Source: Bdellovibrionota bacterium
Lineage (GTDB): Bacteria > Bdellovibrionota_C > UBA2361 > OMIW01
NCBI GenBank assembly: GCA_044345055.1
Contig: JBIJBT010000040.1
Location: 1 to 24,559 of the forward strand
Length of the DNA stretch: 24,559 bases
Direction of reading: 5' to 3'
Made by a program: the position numbers and the translations under genes. Each line of letters begins with the position of its first letter. Position 1 is the first letter of the stretch. Of the stretch, positions 1-10,346 are shown one piece after another. The notes beneath the pieces are model-generated. The model was not told the origin of the DNA, ran no database searches, and saw nothing but the letters and a program-made list of their open reading frames with translations.

Positions 1-825
1 TTAGTCACAAAGATTGGTGAAAACACCTCTCGCCTAATCATGGCTGATGAGCGAAGGATTGGTCAGCTTCTGCTCAACTGTCTTCTTTTAATTATAGAGC
101 ATGCGACACCGAGGGGTGGAATAATCGTTTATGTCGAGAAGCAGGAAGAGCCTCTTACCGAAAGCGATGGAAGTGATACTTTACAAATTTCACTCGGGTA
201 TTGGGACGACTCAATTACAGATCAAGAGGTACAACGACTCTTTTCGTCTCAGCTAAGTAGCATTGATTCCGATTCGACTCTCTGTCACCTCCGGCTTACT
301 CTAGTTCGCCAACTACTCGACCGGTTGGGTGGCAGTGTTAAAGTGCACCATATAGCCCGCTGCGGACTTAGACTCGAAATTCAGCTTCCGATTAGCCTCG
401 ATGAAACAGAGGATGAATCTCGACGACCCTCCCCCACTACACCCAAGTTAATTAGGCCGCTCAGGGTACTCGTTGCTGAAGATAATCCCACTAATGCTCG
501 TGTCGTAGCGCTGATGCTTGAGCATTTAGATGCAAGGTTTATTATTGTTCAAAATGGTTTGGATGCAGTAACTACCTTCACTGAGGATGAGACCGGCTTT
601 GATCTTGTTCTTATGGATTGTCAGATGCCTGAGCTCGATGGTTTTCAAACAACTCGCGCTATTCGAGATATTGAGATAAATCGTTCGAGAAGAACTAAAA
701 TTGTTGCAATGACTGCATACGCACTTCCAGGAGATAAAGAGAGCTGTTTAGCTGCCGGGATGGATGATTATCTCTCAAAACCAATACGCTCAGAACATCT
801 CTCCGCCATATTGGAACAGCTGTGA
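1..825 (+). CDS. C-terminal part of a hybrid sensor kinase-like protein: degenerate HATPase_c-like domain plus intact receiver (REC) domain; 5' end lies outside the window
   Basis: Frame is open from base 1 (LVTKIGENTSRLIMADERRIGQLLLN...). REC motifs VLVAEDN, LVLMDCQMPELDGF, AMTA and YLSKP are present. The upstream part follows the HATPase layout (DxxRxxQxLxN...LxLVRQLLDRLGGSVKV). Confidence 0.85.
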   Translation, partial: LVTKIGENTSRLIMADERRIGQLLLNCLLLIIEHATPRGGIIVYVEKQEEPLTESDGSDTLQISLGYWDDSITDQEVQRLFSSQLSSIDSDSTLCHLRLTLVRQLLDRLGGSVKVHHIARCGLRLEIQLPISLDETEDESRRPSPTTPKLIRPLRVLVAEDNPTNARVVALMLEHLDARFIIVQNGLDAVTTFTEDETGFDLVLMDCQMPELDGFQTTRAIRDIEINRSRRTKIVAMTAYALPGDKESCLAAGMDDYLSKPIRSEHLSAILEQL

Positions 826-831
826 CGATTT

Positions 832-860
832 GGCCCGAGATAAAATATATCCGGGCTTTC
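832..860 (+). terminator. Possible intrinsic terminator between the convergent kinase gene and cheB
   Basis: Hairpin GCCCG(A)GATA-AAATA-TATC-CGGGC followed by TTTC, just after the stop codon at 825; the U-tract is short. Confidence 0.4.
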
Positions 861-906
861 CCAAACCTAATCTAAAAAACGAAGCCGCTCAGATAAGACG
901 TACCTC

Positions 907-2743
<1,837 letters not shown>

Positions 2744-2750
2744 CTCTCCA

Positions 2751-5696
2751 TCAGTGTATTACAATCGGCGGTAGTTGAGTCGAGTTAAGCTCTCTTACCC
2801 TCTCGACATGGCTGTAGGTGTCCTGCGCAAGCCTTACCAGTGATTTAACATCAAGGATAAGAACAACATTACCTTGCGGCATAATCGCGCCTCCCGACAC
2901 CCCCTTTACATCTTCGAATACTTCTCCAAGACTCTTAATTACGGTTGAGCATTCCCCCTCAATCGTATCTACGAGAAAGGCGAATTGATCACCGTTCTCT
3001 TCTAGTACAACTATCGATGCTCGCTCTGGATCCTCGATGGCGTTCTCAATACTGTAGACCTCTGACATTCTAAAGAGCGGTAGATACTTTCCGCGGAAAA
3101 AGAATGTCTCAGCACTATCCATCGCGCTCGATATCATGCCGCGACGAGGCCGAAGAAATTCAACGATCGAAAGGCTTGGAATAATGAAGTTCTCAACCCC
3201 GACCGATATCTGAATTCCCTCAATAATCGCGAGAGTAAGCGGAAGTTCGATAATAAAGGCTGCTCCTTCACCCACAATTGACTGAATATGAATGCGTCCA
3301 CGAAGGTCCTCAACATTTCTTCGCACCACATCCATACCAACCCCTCGGCCCGAGAGATCTGTAACCTGTGCTGCGGTCGAGAATCCAGGAGCGAATATCA
3401 GCTGGAATGCCTCATCATTGGAAATTCGCTTTCCTTCCTCGATAATTCCCTTATCAATTGCTTTTGCGATCAACTTGGCTGGATCGAGACCTCGTCCATC
3501 ATCCTGAATCTTGATGTGGACATTACCACCAGAGTGATATGCAGAGAGCTTTATCGTGCCTTTCCGCGGCTTGCCTTCTGCTTCGCGCTCATCATTTGGC
3601 TCAATCCCATGATCGAGCGAATTTCGAACCATGTGCATCAACGGATCAGCAAGACGATCTATAAGGTTTCGATCTAGTTCGGTATCCTCTCCCTCCATCT
3701 GGAACACGATATCCTTACCAAGTCGCTTGCTCGTATCCCAAACCAATCGCTGCATTTTCTGAAACAATCCCCGAATTGGATCGAGGCGCATCGAAATTCC
3801 GACGTCCTGAAGCTCTTTCGAAAACTTTTCAACGCGGTGAGCAGCATCCATAACATCCTTGTGATCGGACATATGAAGCTTACAGAACCGAACAAGAACT
3901 GATGAGAAAACCACCATCTCACCGATTAGGTCGATAAGATTATCCAGTCGCTCAGTATCCACCTTAACAAACTTCTTGGATGCCTCTGCCGCTTCGTTCG
4001 CTATCTTCTTAGCAAGCTGGGCGCCCCGTTTCTGCTCTATTTCTGGAGGTGGTGGTGGCGTTGGTAATCTTTTTCGATTTGCTGCAGATCTCGGTGCTGC
4101 GCTTGGAAACACTCCTTTTGGCTTTGCTGGCTCCGGTATGGCCTCTGGTTTCTTTGGTCTCGGAACAGCAGATCTTACCGGCTCGCTCGCAACTTCGGCT
4201 GCTGCTTTTGGCTCGTCTTGAGCCTCGACCTGTTCTAATTGCTCGTCTTCGGCAACTTCGGCGTTTTGTGTTTCAATTCTTGGTGTCTCAGGCTGTGGTG
4301 TTACGACTGCTTTTGGGCTGACTTTTTCAGTTGACGTCAACTCCCTCTGAATCTCACCCCCTTTGTCGAACGAACGAATCATGTGCAGTAATCGCAATGA
4401 ATCATCTGAGCGTTTAACCGGAGTGCCGGATGCTGAAGCTTCTCGATACCGCTTAAGTGCGTCCTTCTGGCAATCAAGATAAAATAGACAAAGCTGCTCC
4501 AGCCGACTATCCATCGGCTTATGGCCATCTCTAACTTCGTGCAACATATCCTCAAGAAGATGAGAACACTTCTTCATCTCCTGAAGATTAAAGTAGGCAG
4601 ACCCCCCTTTTATCGAGTGAATTCCTCGAAAAATAGTATCAATCGCCGACTTTTCGTACTGTCCTTCAGATTCAAGAATGACCTGCTCGATGGCTCCAAT
4701 ATGCTCCTCACACTCGGTACCAAACTCCTGCAGAATATCTAGATCTCCCTCAATTAGGTATTCCGGCGCGATATCTCCGAGGTCCTCGAGCGGATTATCA
4801 TCCTCTTCTGAACCTTCATCGGAATCCTCTCCCTCAGCAGTTGCTTCATTTGAAGCTTCATCGGAATCACCTTGACTCTCTTCAGAAACACTCTCTTCAG
4901 TGCCAGAACCGTGCAGAAGCTGCTCAACAACTGCCTCTTCCGAGTCCACCGTAGCAGCTGGCGGTTGAGCAATTCCCTTTATGAGATTATCGAGAAAGTC
5001 TTGTGCAAAAAGGTCAACAAATGGAGGCGGTACTTCGTCACCCTGGAACTCAATATTTTCAACATGTAATGAAGACTCATCTATTAGATCTATGGTGGTG
5101 AATTCCTCCTGAAGTTCCTCCTCATGCAAATCATCTACCTCTTGTTCAGTCGTCAAGAGAAGGTCTTCGGAGCCATTAGTCGAAGACCCCGATTCACGAA
5201 GGACTTCTGAGAGAAAATCGCGAACTCGTCCGAGGTAGTTTGGCTCCTCTGCAGTTCGGGATAAAGTCTCCAGAACAGATGCCGCTGGCCCACTTTTTTC
5301 AATAGTGAGTAGCTCTTTGAATTGCTCAGCGAGCAGCTGATACCCTATAGCATCCCCCTCGTGGGTCATATCAAGGAGGAGCTGAACCTCTTGAACTTTG
5401 TCCAAGGGAAGATTGCACGTCGGTGGAGTTGATGGCTCAAACTTAACCGGCTCCTCAATTACATCTGCCTGGCCGCCCAACCTTTCGGCCACAAATCGGC
5501 GGACCCGTTCAAGGAAATCTGGAGCACTGGACAATTGAGCCAATTCCCGAAGGATACTCTCCTCAGCTCCCCCCTTCGCAAGGGAAACGAGCTCGGTAAT
5601 AACCTCGCCTAATAGGGCTATTCCTATTGAATCGCCATGGTAGGTCATATCCAGCATCAGCTGTAGTTCAACTAATTTTTCAACAGGTAGTGTCAT
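2751..5696 (-). CDS. cheA: Chemotaxis histidine kinase CheA (981 aa) with a long atypical N-terminal extension
   Basis: HPt motif IFRGIHSIKG (His360); dimerisation VKVDTERLDNLIDLIGEMV; HATPase DPLMHMVRNSLDHGIE, DDGRGLD, IFAPGFSTA, SGRGVGMDVV; C-terminal CheW-like domain after LPLTLAI. Confidence 0.97.
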   Translation of the reverse strand: MTLPVEKLVELQLMLDMTYHGDSIGIALLGEVITELVSLAKGGAEESILRELAQLSSAPDFLERVRRFVAERLGGQADVIEEPVKFEPSTPPTCNLPLDKVQEVQLLLDMTHEGDAIGYQLLAEQFKELLTIEKSGPAASVLETLSRTAEEPNYLGRVRDFLSEVLRESGSSTNGSEDLLLTTEQEVDDLHEEELQEEFTTIDLIDESSLHVENIEFQGDEVPPPFVDLFAQDFLDNLIKGIAQPPAATVDSEEAVVEQLLHGSGTEESVSEESQGDSDEASNEATAEGEDSDEGSEEDDNPLEDLGDIAPEYLIEGDLDILQEFGTECEEHIGAIEQVILESEGQYEKSAIDTIFRGIHSIKGGSAYFNLQEMKKCSHLLEDMLHEVRDGHKPMDSRLEQLCLFYLDCQKDALKRYREASASGTPVKRSDDSLRLLHMIRSFDKGGEIQRELTSTEKVSPKAVVTPQPETPRIETQNAEVAEDEQLEQVEAQDEPKAAAEVASEPVRSAVPRPKKPEAIPEPAKPKGVFPSAAPRSAANRKRLPTPPPPPEIEQKRGAQLAKKIANEAAEASKKFVKVDTERLDNLIDLIGEMVVFSSVLVRFCKLHMSDHKDVMDAAHRVEKFSKELQDVGISMRLDPIRGLFQKMQRLVWDTSKRLGKDIVFQMEGEDTELDRNLIDRLADPLMHMVRNSLDHGIEPNDEREAEGKPRKGTIKLSAYHSGGNVHIKIQDDGRGLDPAKLIAKAIDKGIIEEGKRISNDEAFQLIFAPGFSTAAQVTDLSGRGVGMDVVRRNVEDLRGRIHIQSIVGEGAAFIIELPLTLAIIEGIQISVGVENFIIPSLSIVEFLRPRRGMISSAMDSAETFFFRGKYLPLFRMSEVYSIENAIEDPERASIVVLEENGDQFAFLVDTIEGECSTVIKSLGEVFEDVKGVSGGAIMPQGNVVLILDVKSLVRLAQDTYSHVERVRELNSTQLPPIVIH
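5199..5690 (-). repeat. Two-copy internal protein repeat in the CheA N-terminus (aa 3-73 and aa 96-166)
   Basis: Ungapped manual alignment gives 32/71 identical residues, e.g. LPVEKLVELQLMLDMTYHGDSIG versus LPLDKVQEVQLLLDMTHEGDAIG. Confidence 0.92.
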
Positions 5697-6017
5697 AAAT
5701 CTGTCGCCACTGTCTTTTGGTGCTTCTTAAAACGCTTTCCTAACGCTTTTGCACCCGTGTCAATACTAATTGAAATCCCCGGAGTCTACAGCATGTGTCG
5801 AACCAGAGGTCCGATGGTGATATCGAAGTCCGGACTCGAATGGTCGAGAATGTGTACACCTCTTCCTCTCTAACCACTGCTCCCCGACACAGCTCATTGG
5901 ATAGGCAGGTCGGTATGCCACAAGAATTTCTTGAGCCAATTCGTCGTCGGACAAGAAACTATACATTTTTTATTCTAGACCTCAGGCTGAATCTGTAACT
6001 ATGACTGAGATTCACCC

Positions 6018-6045
6018 TAAAGATATACCAATCACTGACCGATAC
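6018..6045 (+). promoter_or_regulatory. Candidate sigma-28 (FliA) promoter for mcp-cheW
   Basis: TAAA-N16-ACCGATAC versus the consensus TAAA-N15-GCCGATAA; lies ~150 nt upstream of a chemoreceptor gene. Confidence 0.5.
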
Positions 6046-6192
6046 CCTCCCTATGGCTTGTGGCGAGAATGTTTTGCACCCTAGAGCCAAGTTTGGTCAG
6101 CGTAGGCGAGACAGAGAAATGGCTCTACCTGGCAACAGCTAAATATGTCTGCAGAAGTAACAAGCAAACGATAAGGAGAGGTAGGTACCACT

Positions 6193-8265
6193 ATGAAATG
6201 GACGATAAAAAAATCTTTAGGGGCTGCATTCTGTGCGGTCGGCATTATACCCGCTGTAGTGGTAGGTTATGTAAATTACAGCGGCTTTGATAAAATTGCT
6301 GGGACTTTAAGAGACTCAACAAAAGTGCATGCCGTCAACGTTGCCGACAAAATAGACCGTAACCTATTTGAGCGATACGGAGACGTACAGGCATTCGGCA
6401 TTAACCCTGCCGTTCAGGATAGGGCAAATTGGTATCAAGTCGGAGCGGACAAGAATGCGATTGTTGCTGCGATGAACAATTATGTCGCTCTCTACGGTAT
6501 CTATCCCGTTATGATTTTGGTGGACATGAGCGGGAAGGTCATTGCAGTTAATGACAAATCGCTTTCCGGAGATTCTATCAATACTTCCGGAGTTTACAAA
6601 CGATCCTACGAATCCACTTCGTGGTTTCGGGACTCGGTCGAAGGTAGATTCTACACCTCGGAACAGGCTGGGTCCTTGACCGGCACCGTAGTAGAGGATC
6701 TTCTTCTTAGTGGAGAGGTGACCGGAGCATATCCAGGGCACTCTGGGAAGGTGATGGGATTTTCCGCACCAGTTAAAGATGCTGCAACAGGCGAAACAAT
6801 CGCGGTTTGGCATAACCTCGCTGATCTAAGCCTTGTCTCAGAGATCGCAAACCAATTTTTAACCGAGCTTGAGTCAAACACGAAGCTACAAACTAGTGCC
6901 GTTGCCGTCTTCAATTCAAAAGGAGAGATGGTTCTCTCTCACAAGCTGGATAGCGGGAAGGTATCAAGAGATCCAGCTCCGGCGGTTCTCTTTGATAAAG
7001 GAAAACTTACTTCCCAGCTGTCGCGAAACTCCGAACCTAACTTGGGTATTGAGGATGGCAGAGCTGTAGCAGCTCATCATTTTCGCGGTGCACTTGGCTT
7101 TAAAGGTATGCCCTGGACAGTGGCTGTGTCCGTTGATGATGCAGAGATAACAGAAGCTGCTACCACGGCAATCCAACTCGGAATGTCCGTTTCGTTAATT
7201 CTTGCCGGACTTCTTTCAGGGGTTATTTGGTGGCTGCTAAAAGCGATGGTGTCACCAATTGAGAAAGCTGTCGTTGATCTCCATACCGGATCGTCTGAAC
7301 TACGCTCTGCAGCAGGCCAGGTCTCAACAAGCTCAATCTCTCTGGCACAGGGCGCAACCGAGCAGGCAGCATCGCTTCAGTCGTCCTCTCAATCGTTGGA
7401 GGAGATCTCAGCATTGTCCCGTCAGAACACCGATAGTTCGCAGCAGGCCTTTGCGCTCTCTGACTCGGCACGTGAAGCTTCTGAAGCAAGCGTTAAATCA
7501 ACCGATAGTTTGATGAATGCGATGCATTCGATTCGGCAAGCTGCTGATGAGACCGCGCAGATAATTAAAATAATCGATGAGATCGCATTCCAGACAAACC
7601 TTCTTGCCCTCAACGCAGCTGTCGAAGCGGCGCGAGCGGGAGATGCTGGTAAAGGTTTTGCGGTGGTCGCTGAAGAGGTTAGAAACCTTGCTCAACGGAG
7701 CGCAAATGCGGCTCGCGAAACAGGGGACAAGATTCGTCACTCTAAACAGCTAGCTCAGGATGGCGTTGATGTAGCTGAAGAGGTGGCGCGTGCACTCGAT
7801 AATATCCGACAGAAGGTCGTTCAGTCAGCGTCTCTTGTTAAGGAGATCGCCGCAGCAAGCCGAGAACAATCTGCCGGAATTAACCAAGTGAATGGAGCGA
7901 TCGGCGAGTTGACAACGGTTACTGCGCGAGCGACTGCGGTTTCTCAGCAGACAAGCTCAGCGGCGGAGGAGCTTACTGCTCAGGCATCGACATTCGACCA
8001 GGTTATCGGTCGGTTAATGTCGATGGTAGGACATAGAGGAAGCAGAGGGCATGGAGTTTACCACCGCTCCGAGGCAGTGGCTGAATCCTACAGACCAAAA
8101 CAGGCCCCGCTCATAAGGGACGTCAATAAAAATGACGGTGCTGTGCGTGAATCCTTTATTCCCAAGCAGGGTCCTATCACGGGATCAAGCTCGGGACCTA
8201 TCCAAAAGGAGAGCCACGCACAAGCGGTTATACCGTTCGATGATGAAAATTTTGCGGGGTTCTAA
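6193..8265 (+). CDS. Methyl-accepting chemotaxis protein: two TM segments, large Cache-like periplasmic domain, C-terminal pentapeptide NFAGF
   Basis: Signalling tip [44 protein letters not shown]; hydrophobic segments near aa 9-27 and 329-349; [14 protein letters not shown] sensor-domain start; purine-rich GGAGAGGTAGG upstream. Confidence 0.96.
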   Translation: MKWTIKKSLGAAFCAVGIIPAVVVGYVNYSGFDKIAGTLRDSTKVHAVNVADKIDRNLFERYGDVQAFGINPAVQDRANWYQVGADKNAIVAAMNNYVALYGIYPVMILVDMSGKVIAVNDKSLSGDSINTSGVYKRSYESTSWFRDSVEGRFYTSEQAGSLTGTVVEDLLLSGEVTGAYPGHSGKVMGFSAPVKDAATGETIAVWHNLADLSLVSEIANQFLTELESNTKLQTSAVAVFNSKGEMVLSHKLDSGKVSRDPAPAVLFDKGKLTSQLSRNSEPNLGIEDGRAVAAHHFRGALGFKGMPWTVAVSVDDAEITEAATTAIQLGMSVSLILAGLLSGVIWWLLKAMVSPIEKAVVDLHTGSSELRSAAGQVSTSSISLAQGATEQAASLQSSSQSLEEISALSRQNTDSSQQAFALSDSAREASEASVKSTDSLMNAMHSIRQAADETAQIIKIIDEIAFQTNLLALNAAVEAARAGDAGKGFAVVAEEVRNLAQRSANAARETGDKIRHSKQLAQDGVDVAEEVARALDNIRQKVVQSASLVKEIAAASREQSAGINQVNGAIGELTTVTARATAVSQQTSSAAEELTAQASTFDQVIGRLMSMVGHRGSRGHGVYHRSEAVAESYRPKQAPLIRDVNKNDGAVRESFIPKQGPITGSSSGPIQKESHAQAVIPFDDENFAGF

Positions 8266-8313
8266 ACCGTTAGTCGTCCCTCTTCAGTCTTGGCGGGGAG
8301 GGACGAAACGGTT
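8265..8313 (+). terminator. Long hairpin directly after the mcp stop codon (terminator or mRNA stabiliser)
   Basis: AACCGTT(AG)TCGTCCCTC pairs with GAGGGACGA-AACGGTT (16 bp with a 2-nt bulge); no immediate U-tract. Confidence 0.55.
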
Positions 8314-8434
8314 CAGTTAACCTTTTCGCAGTTTTTAGAATTCCAGCGGTCTAGACTGAAACATAGGATAGAATCATAGAGATATTTGACCGGGGCAGCT
8401 TCCGGTTCCAGTTAACAAGGGTAAAGAGGTGGCT

Positions 8435-8938
8435 ATGAGCACAAACCAGCCAAGGGCAACGACAGAGCTTGCTGGAAAGTATCTGACTTTCGCTGTATCA
8501 AAGGAGCGGTATGGAATAGAGATATTGACAATTCAGGAAATCATCCAGGTTCCTCAATTAACGCGGGTACCAAAGAGTCCAGAACACACCAAGGGGGTAA
8601 TTAACCTCAGAGGTAAAATAATTCCAGTTATCGACCTGAGAGGAAGATTCGGAATCATGGAGATACCGTACAACGAACGAACATGTATCATCGTCGTTCA
8701 CATGAAGAGAGGTAGCTCGACAGTTCCTATCGGTCTTGTGGTTGATACAGTTCTTGAGGTGCTCGATTTTGAGCCTAAAGAGATAGAACCATCCCCCGCC
8801 TATGGCGATAGCTTCGACTCATCCGCCATCCTTGGGCTGGGAAGAAAAGGTAGTATTGTAACGATACTTTTAGATGCCCAGATTCTGCTCGGCGTGATGA
8901 AAGATTTTGAGCACGAAGATTCGCAAGAGCACGCTTGA
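8435..8938 (+). CDS. cheW: Chemotaxis coupling protein CheW
   Basis: Motifs GKYLTF, YGIEILTIQEII, KGVINLRGKIIPVIDLR and IGLVVDTVLEV. ATG at 8435 follows the SD-like GAGGTGG, so it is preferred over the GTG at 8429. Confidence 0.96.
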   Translation: MSTNQPRATTELAGKYLTFAVSKERYGIEILTIQEIIQVPQLTRVPKSPEHTKGVINLRGKIIPVIDLRGRFGIMEIPYNERTCIIVVHMKRGSSTVPIGLVVDTVLEVLDFEPKEIEPSPAYGDSFDSSAILGLGRKGSIVTILLDAQILLGVMKDFEHEDSQEHA

Positions 8939-8962
8939 TTCTGAGATATGTGAATAGCAAAG

Positions 8963-9006
8963 CATGGGACGGAGTTGATTGGTGATAAACACCGCTCCGC
9001 CCCATG
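8963..9006 (-). terminator. Hairpin between convergent cheW and cheX, probably acting on the cheX transcript
   Basis: Minus strand CATGGGGCGGAG...CTCCGTCCCATG with inner GGTG/CACC; one position is a G-U pair on the minus strand but an A/C mismatch on the plus strand; followed by CTTTG. Confidence 0.55.
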
Positions 9007-9013
9007 GAAAAAG

Positions 9014-9493
9014 CTATGATTGCCGATCAACTGCGGCCAAATTAGATTCGACTACGAAGTTTCCGAATTCCGTCTTAAACGGAATAACAACGATCGGTAT
9101 CTTGGCAAATTGAGCAACCTCGACCCCCTGCCCTTTCAACATAAAAGGGGTCGCCATATCGAACACCAATCCTCGCTCCGACATCTCTTTTTTTGCGACA
9201 CCTGCAATCACATTAGTTAGCTCACCGACTGCATCAAGGATATCGTCGTCAATCGAAGTAATATCCTCCATAAACATTCGGCTCACGATACCGAGGATAC
9301 ACGGCTCATCAAAACTAATTGCCATGTTTCCCGCCAGAGCTGGACCTCCCATCCCAATTACACCGGTCGCTGTACCGAACGTTTTCTTATCGGCCTTCAA
9401 ATACGGCTGACCCGGAGTCGAGACCGTTGTTGCCATAGTGTTGATAGTGTTGATCGCGGCGTTGATGAACGGATTTATGTATTCTGCCTTCAT
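9014..9493 (-). CDS. cheX: Chemotaxis phosphatase CheX
   Basis: N-terminal YINPFI, TGVIGMGG, and catalytic E-x2-N motif in DAVGELTNVIAG; 159 aa. Confidence 0.93.
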   Translation of the reverse strand: MKAEYINPFINAAINTINTMATTVSTPGQPYLKADKKTFGTATGVIGMGGPALAGNMAISFDEPCILGIVSRMFMEDITSIDDDILDAVGELTNVIAGVAKKEMSERGLVFDMATPFMLKGQGVEVAQFAKIPIVVIPFKTEFGNFVVESNLAAVDRQS

Positions 9494-9748
9494 GACATGT
9501 TCGCAAAAAATAAGGGTGTCAATTTCTAAAGGAATCTAGAAATCAAGCTTTAACAAAAAGATAGATGGCTACAAATAGATTTGGATTCGGCTTCCCTCCT
9601 TTCAGAGTAGCAAAGGACACCCACAACGCCAGACGATATCTATCGAACACTAGTTGTATATTAGTTGTTATTTCGTCTTTGAGTTCAGATTTTGGATACT
9701 CACTAATCCGCAGAATTCACGAAATTATTTAATCGCCGCTATTTACAC

Positions 9749-9776
9749 TCAAGATTTCCATTTGATTTGACGATCT
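9749..9776 (+). promoter_or_regulatory. Candidate sigma-28 promoter for cheY
   Basis: TCAA-N16-GACGATCT, with the same spacing as the candidate upstream of mcp. Confidence 0.35.
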
Positions 9777-9844
9777 CACCTTTGGTCTTAAGCTAAAGGT
9801 CTGCCTTTGATTAGTAATGTTGGAAAAGTTCATAAGAGATCCGC

Positions 9845-10309
9845 ATGTCCCTGATATTAAAAGACAAAAATTACCCGGTACTCGTGGTCGACGACTTCTC
9901 AACGATGAGGCGAATCATAAAAACGGCTCTCAAACAGATGGGAATTGAAGATATCACCGAGGCAGAGGATGGAAAAATCGCTCTACAAAAGCTTAAATTA
10001 AAAGATTTTAAGCTAATAATTTCCGATTGGAATATGCCTAATCTAATGGGTATTGATTTTCTTCGAAGAGTTCGTGCGGACGAAAAATATAAGCATATAC
10101 CCTTTTTAATGGTGACCGCCGAGGCGAGAAAAGACAACGTTCTTGAGGCCGCGAAGGCTGGGGTCAGTAACTATATCACCAAGCCATTTACTGCCGAAGA
10201 TCTGCAAAAGAAAATAGAAAACATCGTTGTAAAACAGCAAGCGGCAGCTGCTCAGGCCGCAGCGAGCGCAGAGACTGCACCAGCTGCATCACCAGCGACA
10301 GAGGGTTAA
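9845..10309 (+). CDS. cheY: Chemotaxis response regulator CheY with an Ala-rich C-terminal tail
   Basis: Motifs VLVVDDFSTMRRII, ISDWNMPNLMG, LMVTAEA and NYITKPF. Confidence 0.95.
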   Translation: MSLILKDKNYPVLVVDDFSTMRRIIKTALKQMGIEDITEAEDGKIALQKLKLKDFKLIISDWNMPNLMGIDFLRRVRADEKYKHIPFLMVTAEARKDNVLEAAKAGVSNYITKPFTAEDLQKKIENIVVKQQAAAAQAAASAETAPAASPATEG

Positions 10310-10346
10310 TTTTTGATGAAGAGCAAGGCGCAATCGTTGGATGATT

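Noticed and set aside
5904..6077. Sigma-54-like TGGC...TGC sites (minus strand near 5905-5920, plus strand 6061-6077)
   Set aside because: GG-to-GC spacing is 11 and 12 nt rather than the required 10.
6046..6192. c-di-GMP (GEMM) riboswitch in the mcp leader
   Set aside because: The GEMM GCAAA/GAAA tetraloop-receptor two-hairpin pattern was not found; only one 8-bp inverted repeat is present.
5766..6290. Short ORFs of 66-76 aa in the cheA-mcp spacer
   Set aside because: No recognisable motifs or clear SD, mutually overlapping or overlapping mcp; expected by chance.
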